Of a stretch of 64,000 nt of DNA, positions 1 through 12,866 are shown in pieces (position 1 is the stretch's first letter; each line of letters starts with the position of its first letter). Source of the DNA: Rhizophagus irregularis (Eukaryota); assembly GCF_026210795.1 (NCBI RefSeq), contig NC_089431.1, positions 1,488,001 through 1,552,000 on the forward strand. The letters run 5' to 3'. The notes beneath the pieces were generated by a model. The model did no database searches and was not told the origin of the DNA. It saw only the letters and a list, made by a program, of their open reading frames with translations. A program made the position numbers and the translations under genes.

Positions 1-1479
1 CAAGAGGAATTTGTACTTCCTACAATTAAAGCTATTAGTCCATTTAGGACGTCTCAAGACAATGGTTTTGGAGATAATATGAAGTCTATTGAACAAAGTA
101 TAATTAATAATCATCTAGTAAGAGAGCATGGAACGATAATGGAAGAATATGAGCATGAGGAGACTTCATCGATAAGCAGACCTTATACAGCACATTGTAA
201 TGGACATGGAAGAAGATCCATAATAGATAACGCTAAACCAATTCCTATATCGCGCGGTAGACAAGGGCATGGTTTTAATGGTGATGTTCCTTCAAGGCAC
301 AAATCAAATTTAAGTAGATCATTTCAGTTTCCGCCCGTACATAAAAGGGATCGTTCTAGTGCAACAAGTGAAATAGATCAAATGATAAAAGAAATTGAAA
401 ACATGAATCAAGGAATTGATTCATCACAAATTGATTATATTTCGCCTATATCACCCAAGTCTGTTGATTTACAAAGATATCAACTTCCAGATGATGTTAT
501 GAGGTTTTTTGGAGCTGTGGATGACTCATCGCCTGTTCTAAGGAGATCCTGTAGTAGATCGAGAGATTTTATGAAAGTTCATAGACGATATTCTTCAGCA
601 TCAGCTACACAAGAAATGTCACCTACAACATTTGATTTCCAGCATCAAAAAAAACCATCTGTTGCTTCAAGTCAAGACCATACGAGGAATGATAGCGGAT
701 TCTCTACTAACAGTACTAATAATTCATCTTTGGAGAATGAGAAGGAAATACCATCATATGCGACTAAAGTATATGGTCAACATTTAAAAACTTGGCAACA
801 AATATGTCAAGAAAATGAGATATCATCACATGATTCTCCTCTTAATGATGATAACTTTGGGTAAATAATTATGTTAAAAATAATCTTACATTTTTAATTT
901 CCAAATAATTTAAACAATTTACAAACATTTTTACTATTTTGCAGTATGTTGATAAACGATTCATTCAAATCGCCGGTAATTCCTGAATTTCGTGTTAGTG
1001 ATATTTTAGGTAATGATATTTTAAGTAATGATATATCACAAAGTAAGCAAGAGTCTCCAACATCAGCGAACAATAGCTTCTTTTCTAATTTAAAGGCGGC
1101 AATGAAATCACATGCAGTTTCACCTACAAAAAGATATGGAATTTTCAGTTCTAATCATGAAAGTGCATCTACATCAACAACCCAACAATCAACATTAAAA
1201 TTACAACCACGGATACAGCGTAGTAAAAGTAATTCTGGTGCCAAAGAAACTAAAAAAGCTAAATCAGCTATAACAAAAAAACGTTCATTTATCTTTGATT
1301 CAACGTCAGTTAGTGCTAATTCATTATTTTCTTTAAAGGATGATAATACAATGAAAGAATCATCATCCAAGGGTACAGGTGGAGAAAAGAAAGATAAAAA
1401 ACTTTCTAGTTCTCCTGGATTGTTTGCCACATTAGGAGCAAAATTTCCAGGCGGTAAAGGAGGAGGTTCCGGAGGTTAA
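1..1479 (+). CDS. 3' part of an unknown Ser-rich, low-complexity protein (5' end outside the window)
   Basis: Open frame through ~860, GT..AG intron ~861-944, last exon ending at TAA 1479; no domain recognised. Confidence 0.7.
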
Positions 1480-2288
1480 TTTTATTCATTAATAATATTT
1501 ATTATTATTAGTCGGAGTTTCGGACATTTGATATGAACATTATCATAACAGGATTAGATAGATAGATAAAAGTAGACAAGTAAATTTAGACAAAACATTT
1601 AATAATACAAGTATGTTATGCGATCAAAATTGAAATCAACAAATTTTCTTTAGACATTTGTAAAATACAATAAAAATTTTCATATATAACTTCAAAAACT
1701 TTTACTAATTATCACAAATTAATATAATACAGTCTTGAAAATCGAAACCCTTGGAAATTTTTTTTTAATAAAACGATAATATTAATTAATATATTTAGTA
1801 ATAAATCTTAAACTAATAATTATATACCAATCAAAATAATAATTATAATTAATGGTCGAAGATAGCTTTTTTTTTGCACTGCATTAGTCGCGTGGAACCA
1901 CTGGAGGAATTTCTTGTTTTTGCTGCAATACCTAACGAATAAAGATTCTCGTGGGCATTGCATTTCTATTTTTAGACAAATATAGATTTTATTCACGCCA
2001 GCTTGCATCATTTAAGGGTGGTTTTCTAAATCTCGATAAAACTTTTATAATTTTGATTTACAATATACATAATATATCGGTAAAGCGAGTTTCCGGCTGT
2101 AGGTTATCTTAAATTTTCTCCGATAAAGCAATAAAAGGTGTCTTCATTTTTTTTTCTGTGACACAAACATTGAAGTTCTTCAGACACCATAAATCACAGC
2201 CGTTTGCTTTTTTAGAGGACAATCTTTTTTTTTTACTTACTCTTTTTCATCTAAGGATCAAGGAATTTGTTAACACCGCTATATAACC

Positions 2289-3472
2289 ATGAGTGAATCA
2301 CGAACAGAATTACTCGCGTGGCTGAACGACTTGTTACAAATCAGCTATACAAAAGTTGAACAATGTGGAACAGGTAAGTAAAACATATTCCGGGTGTTTT
2401 TACAAATCAACATCTGGTACGTTGTGTATTTAAGGTTACTTTGAAATACTGACGTATTTTCCGATGCTTTTAAAAAACTTTATTCCAATAGGCGCAGCTC
2501 ACTGTCAAATTATTGACTCAGTATTTGGTAAAATAGTTATCATTTTTTATTTTATGTTGGTCATTGCTGACTTTATAACTTTCTAATATATATCATTTTA
2601 TTAGGGGATGTACAAATGCAGAAGGTTAAATTTAACGCAAGACATGAATATGAGTATGTTGCTAATTACAAAGTATTGCAGACAGCTTTTGACAAACACA
2701 AAATCGACAAGGTAAAAAAAGGAGAGGGAAATAAATTTAATTGTTTTTTTTTTTGGGATTTTCCTTATTTAATTTATCAAACGTATAATAGGTAATTCCT
2801 ATTGAGCGTCTTACTAAGTGTAAATTCCAAGATAATCTTGAATTCTTGCAGTGGATGAAGAAGTATTGGGATACTTATTATCCCGGTGGACCCTACGATG
2901 CCCAAGCAAGACGTAGCGGTGGTGGAGCAGGCGTTGTAAAATCGGTATCTGGTGGAGGTGCCACTAGAACCATGCCAAAAAGAACCGCTGCTAGTACAGC
3001 AGCAGGTGGGTTAAAATTAGCAATCGTCTTAAGGGTTTAAATTAATCTACATGACTAAATCATACCACATCATTATATCGAATTTCCTTATTCGTATTAT
3101 ATAGGACGAATTCCATCTACAGGGTTACATCATGACACCAATCAATCAGCTATGGTGATCGAATTAACCAAACAAAATGAAGACCTTAAAGTTACTGTAG
3201 ATGGCCTTGAGAAAGAACGTGATTTCTATTTCGGAAAACTTAGAGATATCGAAATCTTGGTTCAACAACAACTTGATGTTGAACCTGACAATCAATTATT
3301 GAAAGAAATTCAAACCATTCTTTACAGTACAGAGGTATGCAATAAAATTTTTCTTTTTGTCAAGTAATTCTTACTTGATAATAAATTATCATTATATCTT
3401 TTTTAGGATGGATTTGAAGTTCCACCGGAAGGAGCAGTCGAAGGAGAGGCATATGATGAGGAAACCTTTTAA
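2289..3472 (+). CDS. BIM1: Microtubule plus-end binding protein, EB1/Bim1/Mal3 family
   Basis: Spliced [16 protein letters not shown] (CH domain), [14 protein letters not shown] motif [16 protein letters not shown], acidic C-terminus DEETF*. Confidence 0.95.
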
Positions 3473-3996
3473 ATTTTTATTGAAATCATAATATATATAC
3501 ACATCTAGAAAAACCTTAAATACCACTATTTTTTTTTAACAAAAAAAAAAGATAAATGAAGCATAATTTTGTGAATTAGTACTTTTCTTGAACTTATTCC
3601 GTTATTTTCAAATGTAGTTTTACAATCATTTTTTAGTTAACGTAAAAGCAAAGTTTTGTTAAAAAACATTTTTTTTTTTTTATAATAATTTTAAAGGATC
3701 AAAAAAAAAAATAAATAAATAAATTAATAAATTAAAAAATAAATTATTTTAATTACAGTATATAGCTATGATTCACATTTCGCATTATATACTATCAGTA
3801 CGTACTGTCAGATTATTATTGGCTAAATTGTAATAACCAATTAAAATCTGATTAATATCCTGAATATAAAATTGGAAATTGAGCCTACCTTTTTCGTTTT
3901 CATTATTATTTTTGACTCTTTATTATTAATATAAAAATTTTCAATTACTTACTATCGAATATTTTTCTACTATTTCAATTAATTAAATTAATAATT

Positions 3997-4417
3997 ATGG
4001 TTTGTGATAAAATAAATTCTTTATCGATTTGTCTTTAAATTCGATTATATACTTATATTACATGTTATCTAGGCATCAAGTGATAAAGCAGTTGGAGCTA
4101 CGTTGCTTTTAACTTCTGTAGCATTATTTTTATATTATACCATATGGGCGTTAATCATGGTAATGTAATGTAATACTTTAATTTTATAAATTATTACTTA
4201 AAGAAAATTCTTTAATGATGTTATACTGTTTATATATATTATATATTAGCCATTTGTTGATGATGGACATCCATTACATGAATATTTTCCTGATAGATCA
4301 TACGCAATAAGAATACCTGTTGTATTATTACTTTTTGGTCTTACCGTAGTATTCACATTCTTAGCTTTAGTTATGATAAAAAGTAATGGTGCAAAGAAAA
4401 ATGTTAAAAAAGCTTAA
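3997..4417 (+). CDS. DPM2: Dolichol-phosphate mannose synthase regulatory subunit 2
   Basis: Not in the ORF track. ATG | ASSDKAVGATLLLTSVALFLYYTIWALIM | PFVDDGHPLHEYFPDRSYAIRIPVVLLLFG...KKA*; two TM helices and the PFVD..H.L..YF motif of DPM2. Confidence 0.9.
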
Positions 4418-5159
4418 ACCCTTCTTTCTTTTTATTTTATTATATTTTATTTTTATTTTTTTTTTTAAAAAAAATAATATTGTTAGTTATAATGAAGTAA
4501 TATATATTAAATTGAATAATTGAATATAGAATATATAGAATTCAATAATATTATAATTGGCTAATGTATTTCTAAATTTATTTACTTTTAAAACGAAACT
4601 TTCTTTTTTTTTTGTAATTTCTAAATAAATATTTTATATAACTTTGTTAAAGTATAATTAAAATAAATCTTATAAACATCTATTGTTTATAAATTCATAA
4701 TCTAGAATTATAATACAATCGTTAATACCCAGATCATTTCATAAATGGTCATAAATGGCAAAAAAAAATCCTTAATACTAATTAGATAAAAGAAATATAT
4801 TTTCTTACAAATAAGAACTTCGACGACACTTAGTCTTATTTATTATAATAAATCTCGGTAGCAGAACCATCCAGTTTAAATTACTTAATTGATATGCACT
4901 CTGTGCTACACGAATTATCCAAGTGTGCCAACTTTATTTATGAAATTATTAATTTGATAATCCTGTCATCCGTCAATTTTTAGATGAAATTGTAAACAAA
5001 AAATTATTCTTTACTTAAATATTACATTAAACCCATTTTTCAGCATTGCAACTGTTTTTCTCATTTTTATAACAAAATTTACATACCTTTTTACTTACAT
5101 AAAATAATCATATTGACAGCCTAACTTTATTTTACACAAATACTATATATTATTTTCTC

Positions 5160-7619
5160 CTAAACTTCTCGTTCTTTTTCCTTCTCTTTCTCCCTCTCCT
5201 TTTCCTTATCTTTGAGTAGATGTTTCTTTAGTGGAGTGCTAGTTTTGTCACTATTCTTTTCTTCTTTTCTACGTTGTTTATCAATTTCACACAATCTTCT
5301 ATATATCATATTCCTTTGTCGTATAGCTTTTAATACACCTTCCCTCGTCTCATTGTAACGTCTTAATATCTCATTGCTATTTTCAAGTTGTTCTTGTAAT
5401 TGCTCGCGTACCATAATTAAATTTTCCAATCCTTGATCCTTAGCTTCCTGAGCTCTCTTTCCTTTACTTCGATCATTTCCTTGTAAACCCACATTGAGTA
5501 CTCCAAAATTTTTTCCTCCTTCAACCTCTTCAGCCTTAAATACGCGTGTACTAACTGTTTCCGGTGGAGGATTTAGTCGGAAATCGAGTTCTTGATGCAT
5601 ATCATCATCTCCTTGCAATACTATCATTAATCTACTTATCTTCTTATTAAATTCATGCTCCTTCTCAATTCTTTCCATTAATTCTTTTGCTAAAGATTCA
5701 AGATGTTTGCTTTTAAGTATACGTCGATAATGTGGTTTACGTACAGCATCTTCAGGTTTCTCTAATGGGCCAAGAATATTTTCCACATCAATATCTTTGT
5801 ATGGGCTATCATTAGCTTCACCTACAAATTCCGTAGCTTGATCCGTTGCTTCTTTACTTCCTCGGTAAATAATAGGTCGTCTTGTACCATTAGGAATTTC
5901 GATTTCCTCTTTATCTTCGACATATCCGTATGGCGCTCTTAGTTTGACTCCACTATCCAAAGCCTCAGCACGATGTTTCATTTTGTGCCCTCTGTTATGC
6001 GGTACTAATCCTATATCTTGCTCTCTTGAAATGCTTTCATCATTCATTCCACGTGTCATAGAATTATCAAGAGACACAGGCCCTGCGTATCTATTGCGGT
6101 GATGAATGTAATGGCTACCTTCACCAGGATTAGTATGAGTATTATTCATTGCAGCATATTGCGAATTAAGTTCTGCATTCATATATCGTATGCGTGGATC
6201 CTCTCTAGATCTTACAGACATGGAAGACAAGTAAAGCACCTGTGCTGCTTCTGTAATTTCTGCTCTTTGTGACGCTTGCTGACTTGCTGTTAATTGAGTT
6301 GATTGATGTATACTTTTCTGGGAATTATGATGTCCATTTTTGTGCGATCTATGAGAAGGTTTTGTGGATGAATGCATAGGTTTTGGCGAAGCCTGTGTAG
6401 TTTTTATACTAGCTTGTGAAATTATTGGCGAACTTGGCTTTTGATTATTAATTCTCTGAGCAGGTTGTATTGGTGCATGTTGTGGCAGTAATTTGGGATT
6501 GTTACGAATATTATTAGCAAGCTGAACACTTTGTGAAATTAACGGCGGAGGCGCGTCTGAAACATAGGACTGAGATGAAGTACGACTAGACGTGTGTGAG
6601 ATAGGCTGAATACCTTGCATTGCTTGTGGACCTGATTCTTGCATAGAACGTTGTCCTTCAGTAGGACGTAAAGAAGCATGTGGAATAGATGTCATTTTCG
6701 AAGGCGTTTCTTGAATAGAAGAACGTAATGAAAGTTGTTGTACACCTTGTGTTAATCCTTGTGTTAATGTAGAAGTGGAAGATGGTCTAGTGTCATGTAC
6801 AACCATTGGATTTGCTAACTGCGGACGTGTTGTTCGGGCTGAAGCTGACTGCAAATCCGAATGAGACGATGATAATCTAGGTGATGGATGAGGTTGCATA
6901 CTCTGAGGAGGCAACATTGAAGGGTTTGATTGTTGAGATGTATGATGTACAGGCGGATTATAACTATGTGGAATAGTTGCCATATTTACACTACTTTGGT
7001 GTCCCGATTGTGGGGGTAAACTCATTCTACCAGGACTCATAGAAGGTGGTCTAACACTTGCATTTGTACCGGGGACGGATCTATAATTACTCGTTTGATC
7101 CACAAGAGGATACATCGGGCTTGAATAAAATGGTGCCTGAGGTGATTGTCTTATTCCTGGAACCCGAGAGTTCGGTGAGATAGGAAGTTGTTGGCCCGAA
7201 ACATTTTGAAAAGTTGGAACTCCTGCTGTTGGCATTATGGGTGAAGATTGAGTAGATTGCTTCAAAGCAGGAGCGGGTGGTTGACGAGACATTCTAGGAG
7301 AAACAGTCGTTCCCACTGACGCTGACTGGCGCGATGTAGGATACATTCCTCTAGCTAACAGTTGTGGTTGTTCTTGTAATGGTAACATACCTGGGCCAAC
7401 CTGTTGCATCCCAGGTGCAATCGGCCTTTGGATCATTAAACCTGTATGATTTATGTTAGTTTGTTGCAAGGAAGTTTGTGGATGAGTCAAAGTCTGGAAG
7501 TTTGGTCGCATTTGTAAACTTCCCTGGGGGATGATCGCAGGCTGTTGAGGAGCGATTGACTGCCTGCGGCCTGAAGGAGTAGGAGCTGACGCTGAGGTAG
7601 TTCCATTATGCTCTTTCAT
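5160..7619 (-). CDS. RXT2: RXT2-like Rpd3L/Sin3 HDAC complex subunit with a long Q/P/S-rich N-terminus
   Basis: Intronless 819 aa ORF; SPYKDIDVENILGPLEKPEDAVRKPHYRRILKSKHLESLA...LQGDD resembles the RXT2_N domain. Confidence 0.75.
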   Translation of the reverse strand: MKEHNGTTSASAPTPSGRRQSIAPQQPAIIPQGSLQMRPNFQTLTHPQTSLQQTNINHTGLMIQRPIAPGMQQVGPGMLPLQEQPQLLARGMYPTSRQSASVGTTVSPRMSRQPPAPALKQSTQSSPIMPTAGVPTFQNVSGQQLPISPNSRVPGIRQSPQAPFYSSPMYPLVDQTSNYRSVPGTNASVRPPSMSPGRMSLPPQSGHQSSVNMATIPHSYNPPVHHTSQQSNPSMLPPQSMQPHPSPRLSSSHSDLQSASARTTRPQLANPMVVHDTRPSSTSTLTQGLTQGVQQLSLRSSIQETPSKMTSIPHASLRPTEGQRSMQESGPQAMQGIQPISHTSSRTSSQSYVSDAPPPLISQSVQLANNIRNNPKLLPQHAPIQPAQRINNQKPSSPIISQASIKTTQASPKPMHSSTKPSHRSHKNGHHNSQKSIHQSTQLTASQQASQRAEITEAAQVLYLSSMSVRSREDPRIRYMNAELNSQYAAMNNTHTNPGEGSHYIHHRNRYAGPVSLDNSMTRGMNDESISREQDIGLVPHNRGHKMKHRAEALDSGVKLRAPYGYVEDKEEIEIPNGTRRPIIYRGSKEATDQATEFVGEANDSPYKDIDVENILGPLEKPEDAVRKPHYRRILKSKHLESLAKELMERIEKEHEFNKKISRLMIVLQGDDDMHQELDFRLNPPPETVSTRVFKAEEVEGGKNFGVLNVGLQGNDRSKGKRAQEAKDQGLENLIMVREQLQEQLENSNEILRRYNETREGVLKAIRQRNMIYRRLCEIDKQRRKEEKNSDKTSTPLKKHLLKDKEKEREKEKEKEREV

Positions 7620-7966
7620 AATTTCCTAAATTCTTCAAGAGTAACGAGAAGACTAAAAAACTACCCGCATAAAATTTTTACAATGTGAAAAATCGGTTGT
7701 GCTCCGCAGTATTCGATTATCTTTTTTTAGACCAATAGTATAGTCATTTCGCTGATTTTCTTTGCGGTTTCCTTAAATGATTTAAGTGATTGTTTAAAAA
7801 AAAAAGATTACCGCTATGTATTACAAATTATTTGTCCATTTTAATTGGTCCCTTTAAATTAGAACTTAAATGATCAGATGATACAAGCCCAAACCCAACT
7901 CTGAAGAACACTTATAACTTATTTTTTTCAAATCGTAGTGCAATTTAATTTAAAAATAAAATAACA

Positions 7967-9179
7967 ATGAGCGACGAAGGTAACTTTACCTTTCCTAATT
8001 TATGTCACTTCTATTTATTATTACTTTTTAGATAACTTTTTTCATTTTTATATAACAGCAAATAATTCTGACAACTTTTCTCAGGATAATGACGATCGTC
8101 ATAGGGATAGTAGTAGGCATTCTGAAGAAAGGCTTCGCGATGATCGCGATGATAGAAGCCCACTTAGAAGTCCCAGGCATCATGACAGACGTAGTCCGTT
8201 AAGTCGTTCTCGTTCTAGATCCCCTCGTAGATCCAGGTCACCAAGTAGGGGGTAAGATACAGAATAATTAATAGTGTTGATTAATTAAATTCAGCATTTT
8301 GATCTTATAATTGAAATTTTACATTAGGGACGAAGAAAACTTAAATCCAGGGAATAATTTGTTTGTTACTGGATTATCCATGAGAACTGGTGATCGTGAA
8401 TTGGAAGATATATTTTCAAAATATGGCAAGGTAAATAAGTCTGTCAATATAAATATTTTATAGAAATTATTATCGTATATATATCTATTATTTATTATTT
8501 ATTGTATTATTGTTACTTTTTTTTCTAATTGGTCATGTTTAAAAATTTTTTTATAGGTCTTAAAAGCTCAAATTATGTATGATCCACATACTAGAGACTC
8601 GCGTGGTTTTGGATTTGTTACAATGGAAACACTTGATGAGGCTGAGGCAGCGAGAGAAGGAATTAACGGTTCAGAAATCAATGGACGAATTCTAACTGTT
8701 GAGAAAGTGGGTTATATTTTCCAATAACTTCATATCTATCGTTTTATAATGACAATAAAATATTTTATAATTATTCTAAAAAAGGCTCGTCGTGCAAGAG
8801 CAAGAACTCCAACACCTGGCCGCTATTATGGACCACCGAAGCGCCGAGGTACGTCAACAAAGATGATTAATATTTATAATTTGGTTTTATAAAAAAATAA
8901 TATCATCTCATTTTTATTATAGAACCTCGTAAAGTTGACAGATTTGACCCCAGATATGAATACAGCAGATCTTACGATCGTTATGAAAGACCACCACGTG
9001 GCTATGGACGCGATCCTTATTATGATCGTGCGTATGATAGACCTTATTATGATAGAGGATACGAAAGAGGATATGACCGTGCATATGACAGAACATATGA
9101 CAGAGCTTATGATAGAGATAGACGACCTCCTCCACCCGCCCGATATGAACCTTATCCGCGACCACGTTCTCCCTATTAA
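7967..9179 (+). CDS. Transformer-2-like SR RNA-binding protein (RS region, RRM, RD/RY-rich tail)
   Basis: Spliced RSRSRSPRRSRSP; RRM NNLFVTGLS...RGFGFVTM...ILTVEK; Tra2 linker ARRARARTPTPGRYYG; tail YDRAYDR repeats to TAA 9179. Confidence 0.9.
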
Positions 9180-11100
9180 CTGTTTCTTTTCTTGGATTGT
9201 TTGATTATTTGGGATGTTCTCTAGGATACTCATCATTAGAAAAATCTAGTGTTTATCATTTTATATATATATATATTATTTTTTTTTTAATCGCGTCCTC
9301 AGGTTTGAACAACAATATACAACTTGAAATACTTCAACGTAATTCAGCATTTCAGCTTAGCTTCATCAGAATCAACACAGGTCAACATTTTTTTCGTCAA
9401 CTGGCAACTTAATTCAACACACAACAATAAACATCATATGCGTCGCATTCAGCATATTTCAGTTACTACACAAACCTTTCAATTCGTAATATTTTCAACG
9501 AGATCATATTTTCATCTACTCAGCAAATATTTTTTTTGTCAGTGGTTATATTCTACGGACCGCAAATCCGGCATCAAATGTCAATGTCAATGTCAATGTC
9601 AACGTGTTGCAAAATTCTCTCAATGACGGAAAGGCTGATTAAATCGTTTAAAATTAAATAACCTTGAATCAGACGTAACAAAATTTATTTCAGGAATAGT
9701 TTTTACCACGGCTTCTTTATCATCCAGGGAAATAGGTAAAAAGTCATTTTGAAATTTAGTGTATTTTTATTACTAATTATTTTCAGAGAATAAGGTAAGT
9801 ACAATTAAGGTAGGCTATTAATATTTTATATTATTCTTTTTTTTTTCTTAAAAAAAAAAAAAGGATCGATACCGAGAAGTTCATTTTTGACATACGGTTA
9901 CCTTATATTCAACATATTCTCACGATCATAAAAATAAATTATTATAAAATTAATTTACTTTTCTATATCAAGTATCTATATAAAAATTAAAATACTAGTA
10001 ACCAAAACATTGGCCATTACTTAAACTACCACCTCCTAATAGGGTTTGACATCATCATATCTACTTTCAGCCTACTTTCACCATACCTAATTTTGCATTG
10101 TGAAGATTATTTCTAAATAATTTTAATTAATAAAATGTATAGTTAATAGGGACTAAAGAGTTTATTCTTGGAAATTCCGGATCATAACATAAATGAACTA
10201 GTAAATTATTAGGATACTGCAGTTTTGATAAGAATTTGTACAACTACTACTAAATTTATTTGTTCTTACGCAATAACACGAAATTATCCAAAAAAAGAGC
10301 TCATGAGCTAAATGTAATTAAGAGTACTAATTATTCAATCAATCGATAATACTTAAATAATCAGTCATTTAAAAATAACTTAAGAAAGAAACCAAATAAC
10401 GAGCTTTTAATATGCTCTAAAGGTTTTCATTTACTCAAACCCTATTCATTTGTGTATTAATAAAATTATTCTTTGTTTCTTCCCGCTATACATTTATTTG
10501 CCTATTTTGTTCTGATTTCCTCTGTTAATAAGTCAATATATTTTTCTGGTTATTTAGTTGCCAGAACTGATCAAAATTTTTAATTTTTTCAACTAAAAAT
10601 GTGAAATTACCGCTAATTTTGGAAAAAATATTTATTGAACTTTAAATACTTTTTTCAAACGCTTTTCTCATAAGAACCTTTTTGAAATACTAAATTCGAA
10701 TTTACTGCGCTCATTTTTGAAAAAGTAAGACACTAAACAAAGTGAGAAATACATTAAAGAAAGTCATCTCAATAACCAAAGTACTTTAGCATATTTGATA
10801 TATTTTATGTTATATTAAAAAAAAAAGGTAAATTATACGAAATACTAGTTAAAATTTACCAGACGCGCGAGTGTTGCGAAAGTGTTGCGATAGTAACGTG
10901 TAGTATAATAGTAACTTTAAAAAGCATATAACATTACATCATATTATTTTGACAAACGGTAAAAACTAGAATATAAATTTTGTATAATAGTCATTATCGT
11001 TACGATCTACCTTTAGTTTAACTTATTTTCGTGTTTTTCTTAATTACTACACTCATAATAAACTTTTACTTTTTTCCTACAGACAAAACTATTCTGAAAG

Positions 11101-12866
11101 ATGACAAGAAAAAGAATTAGTGGGTCTAATACTACATCATCAGTAAGAAGGTCAGCTCGCATTAAACGCGACGAACCTAAAGAAGAACAACTTTCAAATG
11201 AAGAAGCTGTTCAAGAAGTTTCTTCTGAAAATGAAGAAGCTCAACCTAAACCTTCATTACCTAAAAAACGCACCAAGGTTATTTTTCCCGCTTCTAAAAG
11301 TACACGTGCAAAAAAAGCTCGGAAGCAACAACAAATGGAAGAAACGAAAATTGATGAGAGCCCAGATAATGGCAGTCAAGAATCGGAGACTATCAAAGTA
11401 AAAAACAATGCTATTAAACAGTCTTACGAAGATAATACAGAAGACGCGTCAGCAACTGAAAGTACTAGTTTCGTATCCCTTAAAAGTCAGAATACTGAAA
11501 AATCGAGTATAACTACTCCCTCGAGCACTATCCCAAAACATGATAGTTCGGATATGAATACTGACGAATCTGATCCACTTGTTCAAGCAAAATGGGAAAT
11601 AATCAAAGCACAACTCTTTGAAGTTCCCAGAGAACCGCGTCCTGCTTATCGTGAATATCAAAACAAGTTGTTTACTAAACATCCTTGGATGAAGAAAAAA
11701 GATGTTGATTATCTCCAAAAATTATTTACAGATCCCAAATCCATGCTCGCTAAGAAACAATTGAAAGTAAGTATTTTCATTAAAATTTACTATCTTTTTT
11801 TTTTTCTACGAAAAGAGGATTAATTCGGTAATATTTGAATAGACGCTTTTAAATTTTCATGTATACAATAATTTTACAGATGATCAAAAAAGTCGTCTCT
11901 TGAAACTTTTACCGAATTGTGACTTAGTTCCAATTGCGAGCGATAATGGAGATCCTATTGACACTCCAAGAATTGAACGAGAATATTTAGCCGCGGGATT
12001 AGATTCTTATGAACCGGGTATATCTGAACCGGTTAGCGAACTCGATCCAAAAAAAGTTTGTCCTCGGTTTGATTTCTGGCTTTCAGATTCTTTCAAAGAT
12101 GCTCGATGGTGGTTCCAAACGAGCATTAAATATGGGTATAATACTAAAAATGGAGTCGATACACAATGGAATAATCTTGAAAAATTTAAAACTGAAGTTC
12201 CCAAGAATTGGAAGGTGAATATTCATTCATTCATTCGTTCGTTATATTTATACTAATTTAATGTCATTATTAACGTTCAATAGAACGATGATTATGAACA
12301 AGAGTGGGGAATCGGACTTTCTGAAAAAATGGGAAAAAAACAAATTGCAGGGTAAAAATATATTATATTGAAATCTTTATGTAACGTAAGTATATAAATG
12401 CTTACTTCACGATAATTTAAATTTGTGTTTTTAGTGATTCGGCACATATCTCTCTTCCTGAAATGACCAAGGCACAAATCATAAGACTGGATGATACATT
12501 AAAGTATAAACGGCAATTTAAAAATATGGGGATAACAGTCTTAATGGATTTGAAGGTTAGTAACTTACTTAATATAATAACTTTTATTCAATGGTATATT
12601 AATTCTTATTTGTTTAGGTTGTTGCTATTAATAAATCAAATGGCCATTTGCAACTCAAGTTATTTAAGGGTGAACAAAACAAAATCATAGATGATATACA
12701 TAATCCGACTCGCCTAGAAAATGAAGTATTAGATTTTGATGGTCGTGTTGCAAAAAGTTCTCGCCCTAATGGTAATGCCTTTAAAAATTTTAGTATTGTA
12801 AGGTCAGAAGATTATACCCCAAGTCTATTCGAGGCAAGAAAAGAATATTGGGCGAAAACCCAATGA
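11101..12866 (+). CDS. ASX-homology (DEUBAD) domain protein with a C-terminal RAMA-like domain
   Basis: Five coding exons. LFTDPKSMLAKKQLK|TLLNFHVYNNFTDDQKSRLLKLLP resembles ASXH; C-terminal SLPEMTKAQIIRLDDTLKYKR...NPTRLEN...RPNGNAFKNFSIVR...SLFEARKEY resembles RAMA. Probable 5'UTR intron ~10959-11082. Confidence 0.75.

Noticed and set aside
8874..9236. Overlapping alternative-frame and antisense ORFs over the Tra2-like last exon
   Set aside because: Shadows of the repetitive YDR-coding exon
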